Program-made: the position numbers and the translations under genes | Assembly (NCBI GenBank): GCA_043784805.1 | Contig: JAYVXX010000111.1 | Coordinates: 1-39,176 of the forward strand | Source of the DNA: Minisyncoccota bacterium | GTDB lineage: Bacteria; Patescibacteriota; Minisyncoccia; Phycocordibacterales; UBA5272 | Direction of reading: 5' to 3' | DNA length: 39,176 nt | Notes under the pieces: generated by a model | Seen by the model: only the letters and a program-made list of their open reading frames with translations | Database searches by the model: none | What the model was told of the DNA's origin: nothing | Shown: positions 9,575 to 17,134 of the stretch, one piece after another | How positions within the stretch are numbered: position 1 is the first letter of the stretch | Layout of the letters: the number at the start of each line of letters is the position of its first letter

Positions 9575-10432
9575 ATGTTAGTTCTAAGTTCCAGCCTAGC
9601 TTCACTGACCCTAGGCAAGACATTCCGGTTTACTTCTTGCTGGACTATCACACGTACTGATGGGTTTACAGTAAGTGTAACTACTCACGATGGTTTACTT
9701 ACTGTACCCATCGCTGGAGTAGATGTAGTATTCAATCCAGTAGGTTCATTTAACCCTACTGCACGGCAGAAGCTGTCTCAGCTCAAGGAGCGTAACCTTG
9801 AAGTCAAAGGGTCATTCGACATTGCTGCCATCACGTTCGCTGACTTGGCAGCAGGCCGATATCGCGGTGCTAAAGTATCTGAATACTTAGTAGATTGGAA
9901 ATACCCATGGGCTGGGCCAATCAACACTACCATATACTTCATCGGCCAAACTAAGTTCAACGGCGAGTATTGGGAAGCTCAGATGGATGGCATCACAACC
10001 TACTTGAAGAAGGAAGTAGGTCGCAACTTTGATCGACATTGTTCAGCAAACTTAGGAGATATAGATTGCACGGTGAATCTAGCTCCATACACATTCTCCG
10101 GCACAGTCGGCACAGTACAAGATGCCAGACAGTCATTCTTTACTAGCTTAACACAAGCTGATAACTACTATAACTTTGGCACACTAGTTATGACTTCTGG
10201 GTTGTGTAATGGGTTGAAGTTTGACATTGAGTATTATGTGAACGCTAATGGCGGCATACAGCTGATGATCCCAGCACCATTTAACCTGGTTACTGGAGAC
10301 ACGTTCAATGCCATCAGGGGATGTGACAGAACGCTACCAACGTGCTTGAATGTATTTAACAACGTACTGAACTTCCGTGGCTTTCCCACTATTCCCGGCA
10401 CTGATATCATGCTGGCATCCGGTAACACATGA
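9575..10432 (+). CDS. DUF2163 / phage BR0599-family distal tail protein (RcGTA g13-like)
   Basis: The C-terminal motif RGCDRTLPTCLNVFNNVLNFRGFPTIPG matches the GCDKT..C...F.N..NFGGFP signature. Synteny agrees. Confidence 0.8.
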   Translation: MLVLSSSLASLTLGKTFRFTSCWTITRTDGFTVSVTTHDGLLTVPIAGVDVVFNPVGSFNPTARQKLSQLKERNLEVKGSFDIAAITFADLAAGRYRGAKVSEYLVDWKYPWAGPINTTIYFIGQTKFNGEYWEAQMDGITTYLKKEVGRNFDRHCSANLGDIDCTVNLAPYTFSGTVGTVQDARQSFFTSLTQADNYYNFGTLVMTSGLCNGLKFDIEYYVNANGGIQLMIPAPFNLVTGDTFNAIRGCDRTLPTCLNVFNNVLNFRGFPTIPGTDIMLASGNT

Positions 10433-10896
10433 ACAAGTTTATAAATTCAGCTCGACACTACCTAGGCACTCCCTTCCATCATCACGGCAGGTTGAAGGGT
10501 GTAGGAGTAGACTGCTTGGGTCTAATCTTATGCGCAGCGAGTGACTCCGGCATACCACTAAGAGAGAACTTTGGCTATGGTCAAAATCCCGGGCGAAACA
10601 CAGCAGCTGCTGGCTTGTCAGAACAATTAGATGAAATGGAGCTATGTGAAGCAGCAGCAGGCGATGTGCTACTATGCTGGGTTGGAAATCCCAAGATAAG
10701 TCAGCATATGCTCATAGCTACAGATATCTCTACCGTGATTCATTGTACTCCAGACCATGGGGTGATTGAAGATAGGTTCGATGACAATTGGGCGTCCAGA
10801 GTTACTAAGTGTTTTAGACTGCGCAACATAGTAGCTGGTGAACTTATTAAGTGGCCAGTGAAATATATGCCTGAGAAAACTTGTGGGTGTTGCTAA
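10429..10896 (+). CDS. NlpC/P60-family cell-wall peptidase (RcGTA g14-like)
   Basis: The catalytic Cys context GVDCLGLI is present, with downstream His residues (SQHMLIAT, VIHC). ATGA overlap with the upstream gene. Confidence 0.8.
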   Translation: MNKFINSARHYLGTPFHHHGRLKGVGVDCLGLILCAASDSGIPLRENFGYGQNPGRNTAAAGLSEQLDEMELCEAAAGDVLLCWVGNPKISQHMLIATDISTVIHCTPDHGVIEDRFDDNWASRVTKCFRLRNIVAGELIKWPVKYMPEKTCGCC

Positions 10897-13211
10897 TGGC
10901 TGAAATAAGTCTAATTGCTGTCGCTGCAGTAGCCACCACTGGTGCTACAGCAGCAACAGTTACTGTAGCTACTACAATAGCTACTATCGTCGGTGCAGCT
11001 ATTGATGCTCTGTTTATCTTCCCGGCACTTTTTGGTGGGAAGGGTGCAGCACAAGGTCCAAAGTTTAATGGGTTGGGAGTACAGACAGCGGGTGAGGGTG
11101 ACCCGATGAAGTATGCCTTGGGCGGACAGAATAGAGTTGCTGGCACCCTCATATGGACTTCCGGCGTGAAGCAGTCCAGCAAGAAAGTTGGTGGCAACAA
11201 GCACAGCTCCGGCACGCGGGTGTATACTTATACCGTCGATGTAGCTGTAGCGGTGTGTGAAGGACCAATTGCTGGCATAGGTAAGATTTGGGCCAGTAGC
11301 AAAGTCATATATGATGCCAGCACTGGATTCTACGACAAGAGAGTTTGTAAGGGTATCGGCATATATACTGGTACATCCAGTCAAGCCGTTGACCCTACTA
11401 TCTACGCTAATCAAGGGGCAAACACTCCAGCGTATCGCGGCACGGCTTATGTAGTGTTCAAATCAGTGAACCTATCTTGGTCTGGTAATATAATACCTCA
11501 GTTTCAGTTTCAAGTAGCGGCACAAACTTTTCAATCTGTGCCTGGAGCTATTAGTAATCTGCTCCTGCGTGCTGGATTAGTCAGCAATCAATATGACACT
11601 ACTTTGTGCAGTGGCTTCTTGCGTGGGTTTATCCTGTCTGGCCCACAATCAGCTATCACCGGCATCGAACCACTATTAGCTGCGTTTGGTATCTACACTC
11701 AAGAGAGTAACGGAGTGTTGAAGTTCATACAACGCGGGCTTGAGTCTAGTATCACGGTAGACTCCAACGATTTATCCTCACGAGAGCATGTGGCTGCTGA
11801 TTCTCCTATGCTACCCACTCGCCCATTGTTGATGGCAGACCAGCCTGATATACTTATTCCCAGTGTCGTACATTTAGGTTACATAGACTATGGCAACGAC
11901 TACCAGCAAGCCTCAGTAACAGAGAAGATGCGCAACGCACCCTATACGGGAGTCAACCAGATTAGTTTCCCCATGACTCTGTCGGCGGGTGAAGCTAGGT
12001 CCATCGCAGCACGGAGACTAATACAGTCATACTCTGAACGCATACAAGTTAAGTTTGATCTGCCGCCAAGCTACTTTGGACTGCAAGAGAATGACATTGC
12101 TGTCATAACATACAACGGTGAAAACTACTCTGTGCGTTGCGAGCAGATCGATAGAGGCAATAACTACCTAATCAATGTCACAGGTACTTTGGTCAGGACC
12201 AGCACATTCACACCGCATACTAGAAACGAGTTATGTTCTACCTATGCCAACAAAACTCCCTACGTTCCATCGTCTGTGGTTACTTATCCATTCTTGTTAG
12301 ATGTGCCCGCCCTTAATCCGGGTGACTTAACTACAGGTGGAATCTACTTTACATTCAGCATGGAGAACACAGCGGCATGGAGTGATGGTGATCTATTCTC
12401 CAGCGGGGATGATATCACATGGACTCAGAGAATACAGGCGTCACCATCGGGATGTATAGGATTCACTACATCCGCGTTGGGTACTGGCCCAGTAGGTATC
12501 TGGGATATAGTGAACACTCTAAACATAGTAGTTATCTCTGGCACACTAAATAGTGCTACAGATTTAGAAGTTTACAATGGAGCTAACAGAATCTACATCG
12601 GCGGTGAGCTTATAGCTTTTGGTACAGCTACTCTCACCGGAGTGAATCAGTACACGATCAATAGACTACTACGTGGCCTGAATTGCACCGACAACAAAGT
12701 AGGTACGCACGCTATCGGTGAAGATACTATTCTTTTCCAGTCTGACAATGTAGACTTCCTCACACTAAGCGTGGGAGATATAGGTATCACCAAGGATTAT
12801 GAGATCGTGCCAGAGGGTGGAGTTGCTGGCACTTTCCCCAATTTCAGCAACACTTATGTGGGAAATATATACCGTCAGTTTTCTCCCATTAACATAGTAG
12901 GTTCACGTGACGGCTCAAACAACCTCACTATATCGTGGATGCGACGCACTCGTTATCCTAACTTTCCAATCATCACCAGTGCAGGCATGCCACCGATACT
13001 CGCAGCTTCAGAGACATACTTAGTGGTGATCTACAATACGTCATTCACCGCTATTAGACGTACAGCCACGGTTGTGGGTCCAAGCTATGTCTACTTAGCT
13101 ACTGATCAAACAGCAGACGGTTATACCCTAGGCAACCCTGTATATCTGGTTGTATATCAGATGGGCGACCAAGGCGTGACTGGGTATCCTTCCATTCAAT
13201 CGCAGGTATAA
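10896..13211 (+). CDS. Host-specificity / central tail fibre protein (RcGTA g15-like, gpJ-like)
   Basis: ATG 10896 forms a TAATG overlap; the track start at 10881 is a TTG. The hydrophobic Ala/Thr/Val N-terminus followed by FPALFGG is typical of this family. Length is about 771 aa. Confidence 0.8.
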   Translation: MAEISLIAVAAVATTGATAATVTVATTIATIVGAAIDALFIFPALFGGKGAAQGPKFNGLGVQTAGEGDPMKYALGGQNRVAGTLIWTSGVKQSSKKVGGNKHSSGTRVYTYTVDVAVAVCEGPIAGIGKIWASSKVIYDASTGFYDKRVCKGIGIYTGTSSQAVDPTIYANQGANTPAYRGTAYVVFKSVNLSWSGNIIPQFQFQVAAQTFQSVPGAISNLLLRAGLVSNQYDTTLCSGFLRGFILSGPQSAITGIEPLLAAFGIYTQESNGVLKFIQRGLESSITVDSNDLSSREHVAADSPMLPTRPLLMADQPDILIPSVVHLGYIDYGNDYQQASVTEKMRNAPYTGVNQISFPMTLSAGEARSIAARRLIQSYSERIQVKFDLPPSYFGLQENDIAVITYNGENYSVRCEQIDRGNNYLINVTGTLVRTSTFTPHTRNELCSTYANKTPYVPSSVVTYPFLLDVPALNPGDLTTGGIYFTFSMENTAAWSDGDLFSSGDDITWTQRIQASPSGCIGFTTSALGTGPVGIWDIVNTLNIVVISGTLNSATDLEVYNGANRIYIGGELIAFGTATLTGVNQYTINRLLRGLNCTDNKVGTHAIGEDTILFQSDNVDFLTLSVGDIGITKDYEIVPEGGVAGTFPNFSNTYVGNIYRQFSPINIVGSRDGSNNLTISWMRRTRYPNFPIITSAGMPPILAASETYLVVIYNTSFTAIRRTATVVGPSYVYLATDQTADGYTLGNPVYLVVYQMGDQGVTGYPSIQSQV

Positions 13212-13213
13212 AT

Positions 13214-13705
13214 ATGACTACTACACGATATGCGTTCACCCTACTTGTCCAGAACCAAGCTTCAGCAGAGATAGTATTCAACGGTGATATTAACTTGCTG
13301 GACTCGATGGTAGGCTTGAACCTATTATCTATGGCTCTGGCTACGCCACCTGGTTCACCAGCAACTGGAGATACTTATGTGGTGGCAGCTTCCGGCACAG
13401 GAGCATGGCTAGGCCAGGACGGTAACATCGCTGTATACATCGGCGGGTGGATATTTATCACACCCAAGGCCGGCATGCAGGCTTATGACAGCAATACTAC
13501 TGCGTGGGTGAGATATAACGGCACGGTTTGGAGTGGAGGGAAATACACGGTAGCAAACTTGCCGACAGGCGTAGAAGGCATGACCGCATACGCCACCAAC
13601 GGTAGGAAAGTTGGGCAAGGTGTCGGAGCAGGTACAGGAGTACCGGTTTACTTCTCTGCCAGCAGTTGGCGAGTTCACTCCACCGATGCAGCAGTAGCTT
13701 CATAA
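13214..13705 (+). CDS. DUF2793-like tail-associated protein
   Basis: The motif GDTYVVAASGTGAWLGQDGNIAVYIGGWIFITPKAGM matches the DUF2793 pattern GDxYIV...GAWAG....IA....W.F..P..G. It is the last gene of the late module. Confidence 0.7.
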   Translation: MTTTRYAFTLLVQNQASAEIVFNGDINLLDSMVGLNLLSMALATPPGSPATGDTYVVAASGTGAWLGQDGNIAVYIGGWIFITPKAGMQAYDSNTTAWVRYNGTVWSGGKYTVANLPTGVEGMTAYATNGRKVGQGVGAGTGVPVYFSASSWRVHSTDAAVAS

Positions 13706-13710
13706 CTACT

Positions 13711-13720
13711 GGTTATAACC
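13711..13720. repeat. Perfect palindrome GGTTATAACC, copy 1
   Basis: Read directly from the sequence. A second identical copy is at 13874-13883 in the same non-coding region. Confidence 0.6.
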
Positions 13721-13873
13721 CTAACTTCACCGGCGTATTTTGAAAAATAAACGCTCTCTCTCTAAATTTCTCTATATGCCTAGAACACTAACTATAGCTT
13801 TTTTGTAAGTTGTGTATAGTATGTATTTTATAGAGAGTTAGGTATTTTATAAGAAAAAACTCCGTAGAGTTAC

Positions 13874-13883
13874 GGTTATAACC
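13874..13883. repeat. Perfect palindrome GGTTATAACC, copy 2 (extended CGGTTATAACCG 13873-13884)
   Basis: Read directly from the sequence. Confidence 0.6.
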
Positions 13884-13923
13884 GACAGTTATGAAAATTA
13901 TTTATTTTTATCATACTTACCTA

Positions 13924-13952
13924 TAGACTTGCTGGAGGATACCCGATAAGAT
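13924..13952 (+). promoter_or_regulatory. Candidate sigma70-type promoter TAGACT-17-TAAGAT
   Basis: -35 at 13924-13929 and -10 at 13947-13952 with a 17-nt spacer. It lies 34 nt upstream of the HNH gene ATG. It has the same TAAGATT -10 and AGTAAGAGAAT leader as the candidate promoter at 18269. Confidence 0.4.
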
Positions 13953-13971
13953 TCTCTGAGATCAGTAACTT

Positions 13972-13988
13972 TAACGAGTAAGAGAATG
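13972..13988 (+). promoter_or_regulatory. Leader/RBS cassette variant TAACGAGTAAGAGAATG
   Basis: A degenerate copy of the conserved early leader, ending in ATG 13986. Confidence 0.4.
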
Positions 13989-14393
13989 AAAAGCCGCAAA
14001 GAAATCAATCAAGGAATGAACTGGATCAGCCAGCACAAACGTCTGGCCATCTACCTGAGGGATGGTCTCTCTTGCTGCTATTGCGGCAAGGGTATCGAGA
14101 GTGAAATCAAGCTTACCCTTGATCACGTAAAGCCATACTCCAAGGGCGGGTCAAACAAAGAGACTAATCTGGTTACTTGCTGCCTCACCTGCAACTCAGC
14201 ACGCGGCAATCGGAGCGTAAAGAAATTCTGTGAAGCAGCCGTGAACTTCTACACCGACAATTCGGTGTCGGCGGTGTCGCTGGAGAAGGAGATCAAATCA
14301 CAACTCAAGAAGTCTTTGGACTTAGTTGAGGCCAAGAAGATCGTGAACCGACGTGGTTCGTGCGCAAAGGCTATAGAGGCAATGGGAGCTTAA
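13986..14393 (+). CDS. HNH endonuclease
   Basis: CCYCG...LTLDHVKPYSKGGSNKETNLVTCCLTCNSARGN gives a zinc-ribbon Cys pair plus the H-N-N catalytic motif. Confidence 0.85.
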   Translation: MKSRKEINQGMNWISQHKRLAIYLRDGLSCCYCGKGIESEIKLTLDHVKPYSKGGSNKETNLVTCCLTCNSARGNRSVKKFCEAAVNFYTDNSVSAVSLEKEIKSQLKKSLDLVEAKKIVNRRGSCAKAIEAMGA

Positions 14394-14394
14394 T

Positions 14395-14640
14395 ATGACG
14401 CAGAAAGACATGGAGCTTATCACAGAGATACTCACCACGGAGCTGGTTTATCCGGCAGGGTTGTATCTGTATCGTTCCGACGGTATGCACTCCGGAGCTG
14501 TCTGGTTCTCCTCATCAGAAGAATTGCTGCCATCCATCCCGGCAATCATATCGGTGATCTCACAAGAGCGTGAGGTGATGATTACTGACAGCGACAATCT
14601 GACACAATTCCATTATTGCGATGGAGAGATACATCGATGA
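14395..14640 (+). CDS. Hypothetical protein (81 aa)
   Basis: ATG lies 2 nt after the upstream stop. ATGA overlap with the downstream gene. Confidence 0.55.
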   Translation: MTQKDMELITEILTTELVYPAGLYLYRSDGMHSGAVWFSSSEELLPSIPAIISVISQEREVMITDSDNLTQFHYCDGEIHR

Positions 14641-15026
14641 GAGATATCTATTTTCTGCTACTAGATCATCGTAGTCTGGCTGAGGTGGATCTAATTGACA
14701 TGACGGCATCAGGCAATATTGGTGAGTATTATATCACCCGTATAATCGTGCCGGAGAGATACCGTGGCCAAGGGTATGCCTCAGCGATGTTCCAGCGAGT
14801 GCTGGATGACGCCGACAGGGAAAACGTCACGCTAGTGCTGAACGTTGTCCCTGATGGTGGATTAGACCACAACCAGCTTTGTTCGTGGTATCGTCGCTGC
14901 GGGTTCAAAATGACGTCGCCAAACACCTACTACCGGAAGCCAAATCATGAGCGCATTTTCAGGAAAGATTTACAAAACGTTCCGCTCACGAGAGCAGGCG
15001 CAGTCGGCACTCACCAGATACCTTGA
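14637..15026 (+). CDS. GNAT-family N-acetyltransferase (small, 129 aa)
   Basis: ATG 14637 forms an ATGA overlap; the track start at 14616 is a TTG. The acetyl-CoA motif A RYRGQGYASAMFQRVL and the C-terminal WYRRCGF are present. Confidence 0.7.
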   Translation: MRDIYFLLLDHRSLAEVDLIDMTASGNIGEYYITRIIVPERYRGQGYASAMFQRVLDDADRENVTLVLNVVPDGGLDHNQLCSWYRRCGFKMTSPNTYYRKPNHERIFRKDLQNVPLTRAGAVGTHQIP

Positions 15027-15171
15027 CCCGTCTTTGACGGCCATGGGCTTGTTTCTATCAGGGAGTATCGACCACGACGGAGTCACCGTCACCGTGGATG
15101 CGGTATTCTCGACGGAACAGGCGGCACGTATCGGGAAGGTGTTAGACCTGGCTCACCAGCTGTTGGTATAG
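14947..15171 (+). CDS. Hypothetical protein (74 aa), overlapping the GNAT 3' end by 80 nt
   Basis: An ATG-initiated ORF. It is followed by a hairpin with the stop codon in the loop. The long overlap makes either this start or the GNAT tail questionable. Confidence 0.45.
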   Translation: MSAFSGKIYKTFRSREQAQSALTRYLDPSLTAMGLFLSGSIDHDGVTVTVDAVFSTEQAARIGKVLDLAHQLLV

Positions 15172-15190
15172 GACCAACGCAGTGGTGTTT
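15159..15190 (+). terminator. Weak terminator-like hairpin
   Basis: GTTGGT (15162-15167) pairs with ACCAAC (15173-15178) around a 5-nt loop, with 2 more bp past a bulge. GTGTTTTGG follows. Confidence 0.3.
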
Positions 15191-15404
15191 TGGTACCCTA
15201 GCTGTCGGATAGTATTACCGGACATCTTATCGTTGTACTGCGTTGGAGTGTGTTTTACGTCCAGGAGCTTATGTGTTCTGGTTACTTTTAATTATTATCT
15301 TGCTGTTATTGCTGGCCAATCCACGAGCCACGCTGACCGTAATTACATACAGGCTGGCTCGTTGGCTCAGGAGAAAATAATCGTGAATAATCACGAGTTA
15401 GCTC

Positions 15405-15433
15405 TTTACTTACGCTGGATGGGTCGATATATT
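15405..15433 (+). promoter_or_regulatory. Sigma70-type early promoter TTTACT-17-TATATT
   Basis: -35 at 15405-15410 and -10 at 15428-15433. It is embedded in the conserved block GTTAGCTCTTTACTT with AATAATC repeats upstream. It lies 30 nt upstream of ATG 15463. Confidence 0.6.
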
Positions 15434-15444
15434 CTCTGAAGGGT

Positions 15445-15465
15445 TAACTAGTAGGAGAAGCAATG
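15445..15465 (+). promoter_or_regulatory. Conserved leader/RBS cassette TAACTAGTAGGAGAAGCAATG
   Basis: A near-identical copy of the 22-nt cassette, ending in ATG 15463. Confidence 0.65.
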
Positions 15466-16794
15466 AAATACGCAATGCACGTCCGTGGCAAGAATCTAGG
15501 CAAGACGATAAACGACACCCTGGCTCATCTCTTTGAACTCAACGAGAATGCGCCCAAGAAGTTGACTGATCAAGACATCGCTGCCTTTATGAAGGCAGAG
15601 TTTGCTGGTGTAAATACTGTCACGACCCAAGCTCCGGAAATTTATCGTCGCAGACGCCAATACAACGCGGGTGTGGGCTCATTCGATGGACTTACTCCCA
15701 AAATAGTATCTCGCCAGTACGATTCCAGCGGCATGATAGTTACAGACTATAAGAAGCCACTCACCCGTACCGACAACGCTGCGGAACGGACTGAACAGAT
15801 CAGGGCGGAATACGCTAAGCTCCAGCAAGAGCTTACACCCGCCCAAGTAGAGAAAATCATCCCGGTGGCGGATTATGTTACGCGTGAAGAGCTTGTCGCC
15901 GTAGTCGATGAACGTCTGGCAGGAACCACCCAGCAACTCGATGAGAATCGGGTCAAGCAGCTCATCGCTGAGACAACTCAACCGTCTATCACGGTGGTAG
16001 TGCCGGAAAGACAATCTATCACCCTTCCGTCTGGAACGTACCACAAGAAGCTCGCTGACGTGCTCTTAGCTGTCAAGGCAGGTGTCCCGATCTTGCTCGT
16101 GGGCCCAGCGGGCAGCGGCAAGACGCATCTGGCCAAGCAAGTCGCCCAAGTATTAGGACGCAAGTTCACCTTTAATTCCATGTCTGCTGGTGTCTCAGAG
16201 TCTTCCGTGCTTGGCCGGACACTTCCAGATGCCGATGGCAAGTGGGATTACAGACCATCCCCGTTTGTCAAGAGCTTTACCCAAGGCGGGGTGCACTTAT
16301 TCGATGAAATCGACGCAGCGGACCCAAATTTGCTGGTGCAAATCAACTCAGCTCTGGCCAACGGCCAGTTATCTGTGCCCTTCTTTGACGGTGACCCGTT
16401 CCAACAGCACGAGCTCAACGTCACTATGGCAGCTGCGAACACATTTGGTATGGGAGCAGACCGCATGTATGTGGGCCGCAACCAGCTAGATATGGCCACG
16501 GTGAATCGGTTCGTGGAAGGCACAATAGAGATGGATTATGACCGTGATCTGGAGAAAAGCCTGATCAACGCATACCTGAAGGAGGACAGCAATCTTGCTG
16601 GCCGTCTGCTGGCCTGGGGCTGGAAAACTCGCGACGGTATCAACTCAGCCAAGCTCCGCCGGATTATGTCCACCCGTAACTTGGAGAACCAAGCCAAGAT
16701 GCTTCTTGCTGGGAAGTCGTTTGAAGCCATCCAAGCCACCTTCTACGCTGGCTGGACCACCGATGAAGTGCGCAAAGTCACAGGAGGATACTAG
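15463..16794 (+). CDS. MoxR/CbbQ-type AAA+ ATPase (AAA_5-like) with ~190-aa N-terminal extension
   Basis: Walker A is LLVGPAGSGKTHLA and Walker B is VHLFDEIDAADPNLL. The layout is a single AAA+ module. Confidence 0.85.
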   Translation: MKYAMHVRGKNLGKTINDTLAHLFELNENAPKKLTDQDIAAFMKAEFAGVNTVTTQAPEIYRRRRQYNAGVGSFDGLTPKIVSRQYDSSGMIVTDYKKPLTRTDNAAERTEQIRAEYAKLQQELTPAQVEKIIPVADYVTREELVAVVDERLAGTTQQLDENRVKQLIAETTQPSITVVVPERQSITLPSGTYHKKLADVLLAVKAGVPILLVGPAGSGKTHLAKQVAQVLGRKFTFNSMSAGVSESSVLGRTLPDADGKWDYRPSPFVKSFTQGGVHLFDEIDAADPNLLVQINSALANGQLSVPFFDGDPFQQHELNVTMAAANTFGMGADRMYVGRNQLDMATVNRFVEGTIEMDYDRDLEKSLINAYLKEDSNLAGRLLAWGWKTRDGINSAKLRRIMSTRNLENQAKMLLAGKSFEAIQATFYAGWTTDEVRKVTGGY

Positions 16795-16795
16795 G

Positions 16796-17068
16796 ATGAT
16801 TCACCTCACTAAGAATCTAGCCCAGTTGGGCTCAAGCCACCTCAACCTCAACGGGGTTGAGGTGGAGTTTCACGGCACCCCCGATACCCTCACCCTGCCC
16901 GCACGTATGGGAGGAATGGAGCTACGGGTGGTAGCACCCATTAAAGATACCCAATGTCCGGAGTGTGGCGAGAAACACTCAGGATATATGTGCGCAGGTG
17001 GTATCTTCATGCTGGAGTGCCCGACCACCGGATATCTCTGGTGTGTGATTAAAAATAATCAAAGTTAG
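16796..17068 (+). CDS. Hypothetical small Cys-rich protein (possible zinc ribbon)
   Basis: ATG 16796 is preceded by AGGAGG at 16782-16787. The track ORF from 16595 is an out-of-frame extension into the ATPase gene. Cys motif: CPECGEKHSGYMC....ECP. Confidence 0.6.
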   Translation: MIHLTKNLAQLGSSHLNLNGVEVEFHGTPDTLTLPARMGGMELRVVAPIKDTQCPECGEKHSGYMCAGGIFMLECPTTGYLWCVIKNNQS

Positions 17069-17071
17069 CTC

Positions 17072-17100
17072 TTTACTTCCGGACAGACACCCGCTATACT
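17072..17100 (+). promoter_or_regulatory. Sigma70-type early promoter TTTACT-17-TATACT
   Basis: -35 at 17072-17077 and -10 at 17095-17100. It has the same GTTAGCTCTTTACTT block and overlaps the upstream stop codon at 17066-17068. Confidence 0.65.
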
Positions 17101-17112
17101 CCACGCAGGGGT

Positions 17113-17134
17113 TAACTAGTAGGAGAATGCGATG
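17113..17134 (+). promoter_or_regulatory. Conserved leader/RBS cassette TAACTAGTAGGAGAATGCGATG (exact copy)
   Basis: Identical 22-mers occur at 17113, 31081 and 31397. This copy ends in ATG 17132. Confidence 0.7.

Noticed and set aside
15182-15439. 85-aa ORF (GTG start) filling the gap before the AAA+ ATPase gene
   Set aside because: It has a GTG start with no SD. Its hydrophobic, Cys-rich translation looks non-protein-like. Its 3' end contains the conserved early promoter block (15391-15433). The region is better explained as a regulatory spacer.
16595-16795. Long N-terminal extension of the 16796-17068 gene as drawn in the ORF track
   Set aside because: The extension overlaps the ATPase gene out of frame for 200 nt. 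An internal ATG at 16796 has a perfect AGGAGG SD and begins 2 nt after the ATPase stop.
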